Below are positions 1 through 16,290 of a stretch of DNA of 64,000 nt, piece by piece; within the stretch, counting starts at the first letter, position 1, and every line of letters starts with the position of its first letter. The stretch is from the human T2T-CHM13v2.0 reference genome, Homo sapiens: NCBI RefSeq assembly GCF_009914755.1, contig NC_060944.1; one strand, written 5' to 3'. The notes under the pieces are model-generated. The model saw nothing but the letters and a program-made list of their open reading frames with translations. It ran no database searches and had not been told where the DNA came from. The translations under genes and the position numbers were made by a program.

Positions 1-130
<130 letters not shown>

Positions 131-189
131 TACTACTACTACAATGACTACTACTAGTACTACTACTTGTAATAGCTAACTTTAACCAA

Positions 190-365
190 AGACCTTATGT
201 GAGCCTGCACTAGCTCACAGAATCCTTCCAATACTATGCAATGTAGGGACTGTGATTATCTCCAATTATAGATGAGAAGCTGAGCCTTGGAGGGAGGACT
301 GCCATCTGTCTAGCATTAATGGTTAAATAGCTGGAAAATGGTGAAGCCAGGCAGGTCAGACTCCA
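190..365 (-). mobile_element. MIR SINE (degenerate)
   Basis: MIR core-like attatctccaattatagatgagaagctgag. Confidence 0.6.
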
Positions 366-1002
366 GATATATATGTGCATTTATTGCAAACTCAACTTTC
401 ATTTTCCTTTACCCATGTATAGAACCCATCACAGAGGAAATGGATTTCATGTGAGTCACATGCATATTTTTTCTATAACATTTTGGAATACTTAAGCACC
501 ATCAATTAAAAAGTCACATATCTCTCTGGGTTCTTTGGTGATACTTACTGAGTGGAAGTAGACATTATGTTCTCTGTCCATAACTGATCAGCTCAAAATC
601 TTTGTTAATTATTGTGCCCTGAGTTAACTTACTCATTATTTCTTTTTGAAAGATGGTAGGCTTGAAAATATGTCTAAGGAAAAATCATATTTGTGTGGAT
701 ATATTTTTTTAGCCCTCTATGTAGATTCTTACTGCACTGGGGCATAGTCTCACAGGGTTAAATTATTCAAGCCACAGACAAAAACTTGTACCCAAATGTT
801 TAGAGCAACATTGTTCATAATAGTTAAAAGGTAGAAACAATAAAAATGTCCATTAGCTGATTAATGGAGAAACAAAATGTGATCTATTCACACAATGAAA
901 TATTATTGTCATAAAAAGAAATGTATTAATACATGCTACAACATGAATGAACCTTGAAAAAATGTTAAGTGAAAGAAACCAATCACAAAACACCAAACAC
1001 TA

Positions 1003-1200
<198 letters not shown>

Positions 1201-1209
1201 TTTTTTAAA

Positions 1210-1512
1210 AGCTGGGTGTGGTGGCTTATGCCTGTAATCCCAGCACTTTGGGAGGCCAAGGAGTTGAGGCAAGGAATTCGAGACCAGCCTGGGCAACATA
1301 GTAAGACCCTGCCTCTACTAAAAATAAAAATAAAATTACCTGGGCATCGGGGTGCACACCTATAGTCCCAACTACTTGGAAGGCTGAGGTAGGAGGATTG
1401 CTTGAGCCCAGGAATTCAAGGCTGCAGTAAGTTATGATCATGCTACTGCACCCCAGGCTGGGTGACAGAGAGAGACCCTATCTCAAAAATAAATAAAATA
1501 ATAAAATAAAAA
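1210..1512 (+). mobile_element. AluJ-type
   Basis: Dimeric Alu with J-type features (gcttgagcccagg, aaggctgcagt). Confidence 0.85.
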
Positions 1513-2164
1513 GAGTCCAGAATTGGGCAATCTATAGAACAGAAAGTAGGTTGCTTAGGGCTGGCAGGGCAGGAGGAGTGGGTACCGGGGGATTAGGGGA
1601 TAGTAGGTAAAGTTTATAGGGTTTTTTGTGAGGTGATAACAATGTTCTAAAAGTGATTGTGTTCGTGGTTGCCCATATCTATGAATACACCAAACACAAT
1701 TGAATTATGCACTTTAAAAGGGTGACTTTCATAATATGTGAATATATTCCAATGAAACTGTTTAAAATATCATTAATCTGGCCACATAAAGCTTATAATT
1801 CAAGCTTTATGTACAGGCATCCCTTGTTTTCACTATGCTTCACTATATTGCCCTTCTCAGGTACTATGTTTGTTACAAATTGAAGGTTTGTGGCAACCCT
1901 GTGACCAGCAAGTCTATCAGCACCATTTTCCCAACCACAAAGTGAGTATGACGTGCTCACTTTGTGTCTCTGTGTCACATTTTGGTAATGCTCACAATAC
2001 TCACACTTTGCCATTGTTATTATATCTACTATGGTGATCTCTGATCAGTGATCTTTCAGTTACTATTGTACTTATTTTGAGGTACCATGAACCATACCCA
2101 TATAAGATGGCAAACTTAATTGATAAATATTGTGAGTGTTCTGACTGCTCCACTGACTGGCTCA

Positions 2165-2196
<32 letters not shown>

Positions 2197-2713
2197 CTTC
2201 ATCTCTCACTTTCTTTCTAGGCTTCCCTAGACCCTAAGACACAACAATACTGAAATTAGGCCAGTTACTAACCCTGTGATGGCCTCTAAGTGTTGAAATG
2301 AAAGGAAGAGTTGCATGTCTCTCACTCTAAATCAAAAGTTAGAAATGATTAGGGCATGTCAAAAGCCAAGAAAAGCCAAAAGCTAGGCCTCTTGTGCCAA
2401 CTAACCAGCCTGTGCATGCACAGGAAAAGTTCTTGAAGGAAATTGAAAGTACCACCCCTGTGAACACATAAGTGATAAGAAAGTGAAACAACTTTATTGC
2501 TGAGATGGAGAAAATTTTAGTGGTCTGGATAGAAAATTAAATCAGCTATAATATTTCCTTAAGCTAAAACCTAATCCAAAGCAAGGCTCTAACTCTCTTC
2601 AATTCTGTGGAAGGTAGAGAGGTGAAGAAGTTGCAGAAGAAACGTTGGAAGCTAGCAGAGGTTGGCTCATGAAGTTTAAGGAAAGAAGCCATCTCCATAA
2701 GATAGAAGTGCAA

Positions 2714-3073
<360 letters not shown>

Positions 3074-3978
3074 CTAGCTAAGATCACTGATGGAGGTGGC
3101 CACACTAAGCAATAGATTTTCAGTGTAGACGAAACAAACTTCAATTGGAAGAGGATAGCATCTAGGACTTTCACAGCTAGAGAGAAGTCAATGCCTGGCT
3201 TCAAAGCTTCAAAGACTGATTCTTTTGTTAGGGGCTAATGTAGCTGGTAACTATAAGTTGAAGCCAGTGCTCATTTGTCATTCTGAAAATCCTATGGCCC
3301 CTAAAAAGATGATGCTAAATCTACTCTGCCCATGCTCTATAGGTGGAACGACAAAGCCTGGTTGACAGCACATCTGTTTACAGCTTGGTTTACTGAAAAT
3401 TTTAAGCCCACTGTTGAAACCTACTCCTCAGGGGAAAAAAATTCAAAATATTACTTCCCATTGACAATGTACCTGGTCACTCCAGAGCTCTGATGGAGAT
3501 GTTCAAGGAGGTGAATGTTGCTTTCATGCCTGTTGACACAACGTCCATTCTGCAGCTCTTGGATCAAGGAGGAATTTTGACTTTCAAGTGTTATTATTTA
3601 AGAAATACATTTCTAAGTCTATAGCTGCTATAGATAGTGATTCCTCTGATAGATCTGGGCAAAGTAAATTGAAAACCTTCTGGAAAGAATTCATGATTTT
3701 AGATGCCATTACAAACATTCTTGCTTCATGGGAGGAGGTCAAAATATCAACATTAACGGGTTTGGAAGAAGTTGATTTCAGCCTTTATAGGTGACTTTGA
3801 GGGGTTTAAAGACTTCAGTGAAGGAAGTAACTGCTGACGTGATGGAAACGGCAAGAGAACTGTAATGATTAATGGAAGTGGAGCCTGCACATCTGACTGA
3901 ATTTTCGCAATCTCATGATAAAACTTGAACACATAAGGACTCGTTCCTTATGGATGAGCAAAGAAAGTGGTTTCTTAA

Positions 3979-4275
3979 GGCCAGATGTGGTGGCTAACAC
4001 CTGTAATCCCAGCACTTTGAGACGCTGAGGTGGTTGGATCACTGGAGGCCAGGAGTTCGAGACCAGCCTGGCCAACATGGCGAAACCCCATCTCTACTAA
4101 AAATACAAAAATTGTCGGGTATAGTGGTGCACAACTGTAATCCCAGCTACTCAGGAGGCTGAGGCAGGAGAGTGGCTTGAACCCAGGGTCAGAGGTAGCA
4201 GTGAGCTGGGGTGGCACCATTGCACTCCAGCCTGGGCGACAGAGCAAGACTCTGCCACAAAAAAAAAAAAAAAAA
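3979..4275 (+). mobile_element. AluS inserted in Tigger1
   Basis: Full dimer; degenerate TSD aagaaagtggtttctt / aagaaagtattttatt. Confidence 0.9.
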
Positions 4276-4854
4276 AAGAAAGTATTTTATTGAGATGGAA
4301 TCTACTCCTGGTGAAGATGTGAACATTGTTGAAATGACAACAAAGGATTCAGAGTATGACATAAACTTCGTTGATAAAGCAGTGGCAGGGTTTGAGAGGA
4401 CTGACTCTAATTTTTAAAAAAGTTCAACTGTGGGTAAAATGCTATCAAACAGCATCTCATGCTACAGAGAAATCTTTTGTGAAAGGAGGAGTCAGTTGAA
4501 GCAGCAAACTTCGTAGCCTTATTTTAAGAAATTGGCACAGCCACCTCAACCTTCAGCGACCACCACCCTGATCAGTCAGCAGCCACTGAGGCAAGATCCT
4601 CTGTCAGCAAGAAGATTACAACTGTCTGAAGTCTCAGATGATCATTAGCTTTTTTGCCAGTAAAATATTTTTACATTAAGGTCTATAAATATTTTTAGAC
4701 ATAATGCTATTGCACATTCAATAGACTACAGAATAGTGCAAACATAAATTTTATATGCACTGGGAAAAAAATGTGTGACTCACTTTATTGTCATATTTGC
4801 TTTATTGTGGGGGCCTGGAACAGAATCTGCAATATCTCTGAGATATGTCTGTGG

Positions 4855-5136
4855 TTTTTTTTTTTTTTTTTTTTTTTTTTGAGAAGGAGTTTCGCTCTGT
4901 TGCTGAGGCTGGAGTGCAGTGGCATGATCTTGGCTCACTGCAACTTCTGCCTCCCAGGTTCAAGTGATTCTTCCGCTTCAGCCTCCTGAGTAACTGGGAA
5001 TACAGGTGAGTGCCATCCCACCCAGCTAATTTTTATATTTTTAGTAGAGGTGGGGTTTTGTCATGTTGGCCAGGCTGGTCTCAAACTCCTGGCCTTAAGT
5101 GATCTTCCCGCCTCCGGCCTCCCAAAGTGCTGGGGA
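4855..5136 (-). mobile_element. Alu (S-type)
   Basis: Poly-T followed by reverse-strand Alu. Confidence 0.9.
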
Positions 5137-5139
5137 TAC

Positions 5140-5897
5140 GGGCAGTATGGAGTCTTTTCAGATTGGCTACTTTCACTCAGTGATGTGCACTTATCTTTCC
5201 TCCATGTCGTTTCATGGCTTGATAGCAATTTTTTTTTTAAGTGCTGAATAATATTCTATTGTCTGGATGTATTACATTTGTTTATCCATTCATCTACCAA
5301 AGGACATCTTGGTAGCTTCCATGTTTTGGCAATTATAAATAAAGCTGCTATAAACATTCATGTGCAGATTTTTGTATAGACATAAATTTTCAACTCTTTG
5401 GGTAAATACCAAGGAGTACAATTGCTGGATCATATGGTAAGATTATGTTTAGCTTTGTAAGAAGCTGCCAAACTGTCTTCCAAAGTGCCTGGACCATTTT
5501 GCATTTCCACCAACAATGAATGACAGTTCTTATTGCTGTACATCCTCACTGGCATTTGGTAGTGTTGTTGTTCTGAGTCTTGGCCGTTCTAATAAGTGTG
5601 TCATGGTATTTCATTGTCATGGTATTTCATGGTATTTCATGTGTATACTTGGCATTGCCCAGATGACATAAGATGTGCAGCATCTTTTCATGGTTTATCT
5701 ATGATCTGTGTGTCTTCTTTGGTGAAATGTCTGTTAAGGTCTTTGGCCCATTTTAAAATTTCATTGTTTGTCTTCTTATTGAGTTTTAGGAGTTCTTTGT
5801 ATATTTTAGATAATAGTTCTTTATCAGTTGTGTCTTTTGCAAATATTTTCTCTCAGTCTGTGGCTTATCTTCTCATTCTCTTGTTGTCTTTCATGCA
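5140..5897 (-). mobile_element. L1MC/MB-type ORF2 end and 3'UTR
   Basis: Antisense L1 motifs ttgctggatcatatggtaag, gctgccaaactgtcttccaaag, ttgcaaatattttctc. Confidence 0.8.
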
Positions 5898-6445
<548 letters not shown>

Positions 6446-8110
6446 CTGCCTGCCAGTTTTAAGAACCTAAAAAGTGATGAACTGAAAATGTCAGGTAAAG
6501 GGATTTCTTTTCTTTTCTTTTCTTTTTTGTCATTTGGTTGGATTCTAAATATAAAATTTAGGCTTCTGGTAGAAGTTCTAAAGATGCCTGAAAGAGGATA
6601 GTTTTGACTGATATGTTTGTTGGCCACGCGTGGGAAAATGGTGTTAGTGAAAAGCACATGAATCCTGGTGCCAGCAGAAAGTGGGCATGAATTCTTCTTC
6701 CGTCAATACCCAGCTTTGTGCCCCCAGGCAAGTCACTTCACTTCTCTGAGCTTCCTTTTTTTAATCTTGGAACTAGGTATTGAGCCAGTAACCGGAAGTT
6801 GTGGTGAGGGTTAGAGGAAATTTGTATATAGAGCATTACAGAAGGCATATTCCCCGTTAGTGCATACATGATAAAAAAGAAACATCACAGAACATTATAG
6901 AAGTAAAATATTTTCTTTCCTTAAGTATGGAAAGAAACTGATGGAGTGTTTACTTAATTCTACAAGGATAAAAGAAACTATTCAAGGTTAACACAATGCA
7001 GACTGAACTGAAGAGCGTTATGTGGAAAGCAAATTTGAATAACGGAGAAAACACAACTCATTCTCACAGCTGTTGAAAGTCTCTGGGCACATTGGGTAAA
7101 GGCTAAGAGGTTAAGCTTTCCCCCTTGGAGCCTTGTGGTCATTGGGAAGATTCTCCTTTGAGGGAATCATTCTGTAACATAGTAATTGGGTAGTAAGAGA
7201 GAATTGTCTTGCTAAGAGCAGTAAAGTAAGTGGCCGAGTAGCAAATCTTCATCAGTTATCAGATGCATCTCTTAAAAAGGCCTATGTAATACTCAGCAAC
7301 AGGATCACGCTATTGTGTTTGGGAGAATAAACTTATTTCAAGCACAAAGATTCCTCCTTCCTCTTTTAAAATCTCTACTTTCTGTGCTCCTCCCCACTTT
7401 GAGGGAAGTGATACACTAAAATTAAGTGATGGCTTATTATCATGGTTAACCAGTCTGTCTTGAATTTGCAGCCTGAGCTGACCAGCGCTTATCCTCATGT
7501 GACCTTGGGTGAATTAATGGACATCTCTGAACCTCCATTTTCTCCTGTGTAAAATAGCAGCTGCAGCAAAAATGAAATATCAATAATCTCTGAAAAGAAT
7601 TTAGCTAAGTGTTTGGTGAAGATTGCCTTTCCTGAAGTCTAGAAAAGGGCTGGTTTGGTATGTATTCAAAATCTAAATGTTCTTTTGAAACAGCAACTGA
7701 GAAACACTGTATTGAAATTAAAGTGGCAGTTTAGAAGAAGTTTAAAAAGCTGAGAAAGTATGGATTTTGCGATGATCAGGGGTAATCTCGCCACCTGCAA
7801 GAGAAAACAAACATCCTGCTATGTTTTTTGCTTTGCTGTAATCACTTCGACATCTAGCCCGTAAGTGAACAAAGATGGGAAAAGATTGGCAAGGATCAAA
7901 ATAGAATTGGAGAAGAGTTTCAAGAAGAGGTCAATGGAGGGGGACAGCTTATCAGTTCCGGATGGAACCTGGTCATGAACACATATGGAGAAGACTGACA
8001 GGTGAATGCACAAGCAGCTCTTGCAGTTGTTCAGGCTCACATGAAGCCCTGGACAATGCTGTGCTGCTGTGGCTGCACCTGCTACCAGCCTTGACACTGC
8101 ATGTTCTCTA

Positions 8111-8991
<881 letters not shown>

Positions 8992-9410
8992 CTAGAACGG
9001 GGCAGATGGAACATGGCAGAAGGGCAGGGGCCCGATACAGGACCTCAAGGAAGAAAGGAACTTGGGAGGACAGGGAGGTGGCGGTGGGCCTTGGGAATAG
9101 GGATTTTGTGAGTTTGGCAAGTGGGAGATTCCCCTTGAGGTAGCAACGCAACCCTCTTGCTTCTTCCTCCTCTCAGTTTGGAAGGCTGTGCCACGTGGCA
9201 AGAAGAGAATAAACATCTTGGGAATTCTGGCTGTGCTGTACATTTGCTGTGTGGCCTTCGGCAAGCTACTGACTTCTCTGAACTCAGGATCTACAAACTG
9301 AGGATAAGCAACAGGAGAATCTCTGTGAAGTACTTTAAAAACAGGAGATGTTTGGTAAATGTGCAGTCACGTTCATGACTCTTCAAATTTCTTTTGAAAT
9401 TTCTGAAAAT

Positions 9411-9714
9411 GCCTGGTGCGGTGGCTCATGCCTGTAACCCCAGCACTTTGGGAGGCTGAGGCGGGTAGATCATGAGGTCAGGAGTTCAAGACCAGCACGG
9501 CCAAGATGGTGAAACCCCGTCTCTACTAAAAATACAAAAAAATTAGCTGGGCGTGGTGGTGCGTGCCTGTAATCCCAGCTACTCAGGAGGCTGAGGCAGA
9601 GAATTGCTTGAACCTGGGAGGCAGAGGTTGCTGTGAGCCCAGATCGCACCACTGCACTCCAGCCTGGGCGACAGAGTGAAATCCGTCTCAAAAAATAAAA
9701 AAAATTAAAAAAAA
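9411..9714 (+). mobile_element. AluS
   Basis: 15-bp TSD gaaatttctgaaaat. Confidence 0.92.
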
Positions 9715-10285
9715 GAAATTTCTGAAAATACGTATATGGGGGATTAATTGCACATGTGGTGTTGTACATCCATTATTCTATTTAATCCTTACACCAGCCC
9801 TATGAAGTGTCTATGATTAGTGTTATTGCCCTTTTACTAATAATAAACTCAAGCTCTGGAGGGTTAAGTGTAAGTGGTTCAAGCTCATATAGTGCCAGAG
9901 AGTAAAGATGTAAATTCCCCCACCCCATCAGCAGAGAGCCCCGTGCTCGTTACCACCATATTATTCGTGAACATTTCACATCAGCTGGGACTTTTTGCCC
10001 AGGAAATTACACATCTGTGCACAATTTTGCATACCATTGCAGAAGACTGAGTCTATCCCAAACTCCTTGTTCTAAAGTAGAAGTTTCAACAAGGGACTGT
10101 AACTTCCTCCTGAAACACAGTTTGGGAATTGGTAGAGGTGCTTTGGATGAACACATCAGTGTAGTACTAACATGTGCTGGCATACACAGCAGGGATGATG
10201 GGTTGGATGTATTTTTTGAAATGTATTTTTAAATTTACATACAGTAAAATTCACTCTTTTTGGCGTACAGCACAATAAGTTTTGA

Positions 10286-10612
<327 letters not shown>

Positions 10613-10627
10613 TAAAAAAATGGGTAA

Positions 10628-10963
<336 letters not shown>

Positions 10964-11876
10964 TGAGAGTTTAAAAACCATATTATCAAAAACCTTTGTC
11001 GAATATATGATTTGCAAATTTTTTTTCTAGTCTGTAGCTTGTCTTTTCATTCTCTTAACAGTGTTTTTTCAGAGTGAATTTTGATAAAGTCTATTTTATC
11101 AAAACTTTCCTCTATGTATTGTGGTTTTGCTGTTGTAGCTAATGTTTTCAAACACCATAAGCCAACCAAAATACAACTAGGGGTCATATTTGCCCTGTGG
11201 GTAATCCATATTTAGGTAGGATTTTTAGGCTAGAAGGAACTTTAGGAGACATGGAAGACAGAAACATGTGCCTCTTGTATTTCCTGCAGCAGGGACTGTA
11301 ATTGACCGAGGGCCCTGCGATGCTGTGATCTGAAAGCTATTATCATATTTGTGCCAAGGTTACATTTCCCGTGGGCTGCTCCTTGCCCACGACTGCATGC
11401 GACAGGGATACTAAGGCAGGCTTGTTCCTGGGGGACATGAGACTCCTCTGATACATAACTTTGGCTTTTTCAAAACTTTCTCAGAACTGCACCACCCTCT
11501 CAGACTTTCCCTACCAACCCGTCCTTTTTCCCCTTCTTCCTCTGCGGGGGTTAGGGCAGCATTGTGGGAAATCTCCTTCCCCTTCTCCCTCCAGCTGTTT
11601 CTTCCAGGAAATGTGAGGCATGCTTTTTCCACTTTGCAGTCTGATAGTCTGCACCTCAAAGGAACCAAACGAATGCAGAGGATCCCCTGCCACAGGAATC
11701 ACTGTCTCCAATGCCATGCCTGGCAGGTAATGTACATGAGTAAACAGGGTCAGGTGAGGACTGAGGTGAACTGAAAATTCCATGCCCTATTTTATGAGGA
11801 CAGCTTCTACCTAGTTCTAACAGGCTGTTATCAAGATGAAATGTGAGCCCACAGTTGAATGCCACTAGATATCTAA

Positions 11877-12201
<325 letters not shown>

Positions 12202-12384
12202 CAATTTTTACAATTTCTAATTCAACCCTGTCATTTGTCAGAAGGAGACAGCAAGACAGAGAAAGGAAGTGCTTTTCCTAAGATCATCTGAATAGAAGGT
12301 GCAAAGTGTAGCTGGAATCCAGAGATGCCACCTCCTGATCCAGCTCTTTCCTTTCTTCCTCTCTATTCATTATTGATTGACTAT

Positions 12385-12931
12385 CTGGGTTTGTATTTGC
12401 TGTGTCACAAGTTATCTAAACATTTAGCATCTTATAATAAGACATATTTATTGTCTCATAGTTTCTGTTTGTCAGAATCAGCCCTTGCTTCAGGGTCTCA
12501 GACAAATCGGCATTCAAGATGTCAGCCTATGCTGGGATTTCATGTAAAGACTCTACATGGGAAGAAGCTGTGTCCAGGCTCAGGCGGTTATTGGGAGGAT
12601 TCAGTTCCCTGAGGGCTGTTAGATTGAGGACCTGAGATCTTTTCTCACTATTGGTCAGAGGCCACCCTCCATTCCTTGCCACCTGGGGCATTCCAGATGG
12701 CAACTTACTTCATCGAAGTGTGCAAGCTGAGAAGGCCACAGAGAGAGTCTGCTAGCAAGACGAAAGTCACAATCTTTTGCAACCCAATCGTGGAAATGAC
12801 ATCCCATCCCCTTTGCTCTATTCTATTTGTTAGGAAGTCACTAGGTCCAGCCCACACTCAAGGGCCTACACTACAGGGACATGGGGATAGGGTGGGGACC
12901 ATGGGGCTGGGCTAGAATTCTGCCTACCACA
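12385..12931 (-). mobile_element. MLT1 (ERVL-MaLR) solo LTR
   Basis: tttattgtctcatagtttctg and terminal ...ctgcctaccaca. Confidence 0.7.
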
Positions 12932-13042
12932 AGGCCTTTTTTTTGAAAATGGAAAATTCTCAGTTGTGCTTGATCTTTCTCTTCTAAACCAGGAAACCAC
13001 TTTTCATGGGAGAGGTCAGGGATCTATTAAGACAGAAACAAG

Positions 13043-13181
13043 AGGGGAGGGGAGGGGAGGGGAGGGGAGGGGAAGGGAGGAGGGAGGGAGGGAGGGGAAG
13101 GGAGGAGGGAGGGAGGGAGGGAGGGAGGAAGGAAGGAAGGAAGGAAGGAAGGAAGGAAGGAAGGAAAGAAAATTGGAAAGG
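13043..13181 (+). repeat. Polypurine (GGGGA)n/(GGGA)n/(GGAA)10 tract inside the SVA target-site duplication
   Basis: Read directly; GGAA x10 at 13127-13166. Confidence 0.9.
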
Positions 13182-14654
13182 CTCCTCCTCTCCCTCTCCC
13201 TCTCCCCACGGTCTCCCTCTCCCTCTCTTTCCACGGTCTCCCCCTCCCTCTCTTTCCACGGTCTCCCCCTGATGCCGAGCCAAAGCTGGACTGTACTGCT
13301 GCCATCTCGGCTCACTGCAACCTCCCTGCCTGATTCTCCTGCCTCAGCCTGCCGAGTGCCTGCGATTGCAGGCGCGCGCCGCCACGACTGCCTGGTTTTC
13401 GTATTTTTTTGGTGGAGACGGGGTTTCGCTGTGTTGGCCGGGCTGGTCTCCAGCTCCTAACCGCGAGTGATCCGCCAGCCTCGGCCTCCCGAGGTGCCGG
13501 GATGGCAGACGGAGTCGCGTTCACTCAGTGCTCAATGGTGCCCAGGCTGGAGTGCAGTGGCGTGATCTCGGCTACAACCTCCACCTCCCAGCCGCCTGCC
13601 TTGGCCCCGCAAAGTGCGGAGATTGCAGCCTCTGCCCGGCGGCCACCCCGTCTGGGAAGTGAGGAGCGTCTCTGCCTGGCCGCCCATCGTCTGGGATGTG
13701 AGGAGCCTCTGCCTGGCTGCCCAGTCTGGAAAGTGAGGAGCGTCTCTGCCCGGCCGCCATCCCATCTAGGAAGTGAGGAGTGTCTCTGCCAGGCCGCCTA
13801 TCGTCTGAGATGTGGGGAGCGCCTCTGCCCTGCCGCCCCGTCTGGGATGTGAGGAGCGTCTCTGCCCGGCCGCCTCGTCTGAGAAGTGAGGAGACCCTCC
13901 GCCTGGCAGCCACTCCGTCTGGGAAGTGAGGAGCCCCTCCGCCCGGCAGCCACTCCGTCTGGGAAGTGAGGAGCGTCTCCACCCGGCAGCCACCCCGTCT
14001 GGGAGGGAGGTGGGGGTCAGCCCCCCGCCCGGCCAGCCGCCCTGTCCGGGAGGTGAGGGGCGCCTCTGCCCGGCCGCCCCTACTGGGAAGTGAGGAGCCC
14101 CTCTGCCCGGCCACCACCCCATCTGGGAGGTGTACTCAACAGCTCATTGAGAACGGGCCATGATGACAATGGTGGTTTTGTGGAATAGAAAGGGGGGAAA
14201 GGTGGGGAAAAGATTGAGAAATCGGATGGTTGCCATGTCTGTGTAGAAAGAGGTAGACATGGGAGACTTTTCATTTTGTTCTGTACTAAGAAAAATTCTT
14301 CTGCCTTGGGATTCTGTTGATCTGTGACCTTACCCCCAACCCTGTGCTCTCTGAAACATGTGCTGTGTCCACTCAGGGTTGAATGGATTAAGGGCGGTGC
14401 AAGATGTGCTTTGTTAAACAGATGCTTGAAGGCAGCATGCTCGTTAAGAGTCATCACCACTCCCTAAACTCAAGTACCCAGGGACACAAACACTGCGGAA
14501 GGCCGCAGGGTCCTCTGCCTAGGAAAACCAGAGACCTTTGTTCACTTAACTGCTGACCTTCCCTCCACTATTGTCCTGTGACCCTGCCAAATCCCCCTCT
14601 GCGAGAAACACCCAAGAATGATCAATAAAAAAAAAAAAGAGAAAGAAAAAAAAA
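13182..14654 (+). mobile_element. SVA retrotransposon (SVA_D-like): CCCTCT head, antisense Alu-like domain, short VNTR, SINE-R, poly(A)
   Basis: Head ~13182-13270, Alu-like ~13271-13630, VNTR ~13631-14130, SINE-R to AATAAA at 14624-14629; TSD aagacagaaacaag at 13029-13042 and 14655-14668. Confidence 0.96.
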
Positions 14655-14810
14655 AAGACAGAAACAAGTGCTGGTATAACTGCAGAAAGAGATAGAGAAG
14701 AGAGATCAGTGAGAGCAAGAAGGAAAAAAAATTGCAGCGGATAGTGTGAGGGGAGCAAAAGGAAGCTCCAAGCCAGGACAGCAAAACCCTCTGTTCTCCT
14801 TTTCAGATGA

Positions 14811-15137
<327 letters not shown>

Positions 15138-15345
15138 TGTTCTCTTTTCATTTTGTACTTGCCACAGGTGTGAAAAACTGACAGATTGTTCTTAGCAAAG
15201 TTCAGACATGGCTTTTGCAGAGATTATTTGCTCTTTTGATGATTACGTATTTCTTCTTCCACTACTGATAGTGTATGTAGTTGTCAAGGGAGAATACCCA
15301 GATCAAAACAAAGGAAACTGATTCCTTTGCACATAGGGAGGAAGT

Positions 15346-16058
15346 TGTAACTGCCCAATGGGTTCTCCTTCCTCATTGCCTAGACAGACCTGATTTATCA
15401 AAACGGGAATTTCAATACAGAAAGAGTTTAATTCATGCAGAGCTGGCTGTACAGGAGGCCAGAGTTTTGTTGTTACTCAAATCAGTCTCCCCGAAAACTC
15501 AGGGATCGGGGTTTTTACGGATAATTTGGTGGGTAGGAGGTTGAAAGACGGGGAGTGCTGATTGGTCAGGCCGGAGATGAAATCCTAGGGAGTCGAGGGG
15601 GTCCTCTTGTACTGAGTCAGTTTCTAGGTAGGAGCCATAGGACCAAATGAGCCAGTCTATCCAGGGCTGTGCTAGCGGATTCACTGAGTACAGGGTCTGA
15701 AAATATCTCAAGCACTGATCTTCGCTTTTACAATAGCAGTGTTATCCCCAGAAGCAATTTGGGGAGGTTCAGAACCTCGCAGCCTCCAGCTGCACAGCTT
15801 CTAAACCATAATTTTTAATTTTGTAGCTAATTTGTTAGTCCTGCAAAGGCAGTGTAGTCCCAGTCAGGAAGAGGGTTTTTGTTACAGTCTTTCTTTCAAA
15901 GTGAAACTATCAACTAAGTTCCTCCCAAAGTTAGTTTGGTATCCACCCAGGAATGAACAAGGACAGCTTGGAGGTTAAAAGCAAGATGGAGTCAGTTAGA
16001 TCAGATCTTGTTCACTGATACAGTTTTCTCCATTGTAATTTTTGCAAAGGTGGTTTCA
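15346..16058 (-). mobile_element. LTR8-family (LTR8/8A/8B, ERV1) solo LTR
   Basis: TG...CA ends; 4-bp TSD aagt at 15342-15345 and 16059-16062; reverse complement starts tgaaaccacctttgcaaaaatt...gactccatcttgc. Confidence 0.85.
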
Positions 16059-16119
16059 AAGTGTGGAAAAATATTAAATGAATAACTGTTAATATTTTTA
16101 AAGGGCTGGACAGCCTTGT

Positions 16120-16290
16120 CCCATTGAATGCTCAGAACAACCCTGTGAGATTGATATTAGTATTGCCCCCATTTTACAGAGGAAGAAATTGAGGCTCAGG
16201 GCGATTATGAAACTTGCCTAACTGAGGTCACAGCCAGATGGTGCTGGAGCAGGAATTGCTTCATATTTGTTTTACTCCAATAACCATCAC
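16120..16290 (-). mobile_element. MIR
   Basis: cccattttacagaggaagaaattgaggctcag. Confidence 0.75.

Noticed and set aside
13631-14130. CRISPR-like repeat array or host CpG-island promoter
   Set aside because: This is the SVA VNTR in primate DNA; tandem units without unique spacers
12966-14784. Cluster of overlapping ORFs of 65-181 aa
   Set aside because: Products of the SVA VNTR, Alu-like domain and purine repeats
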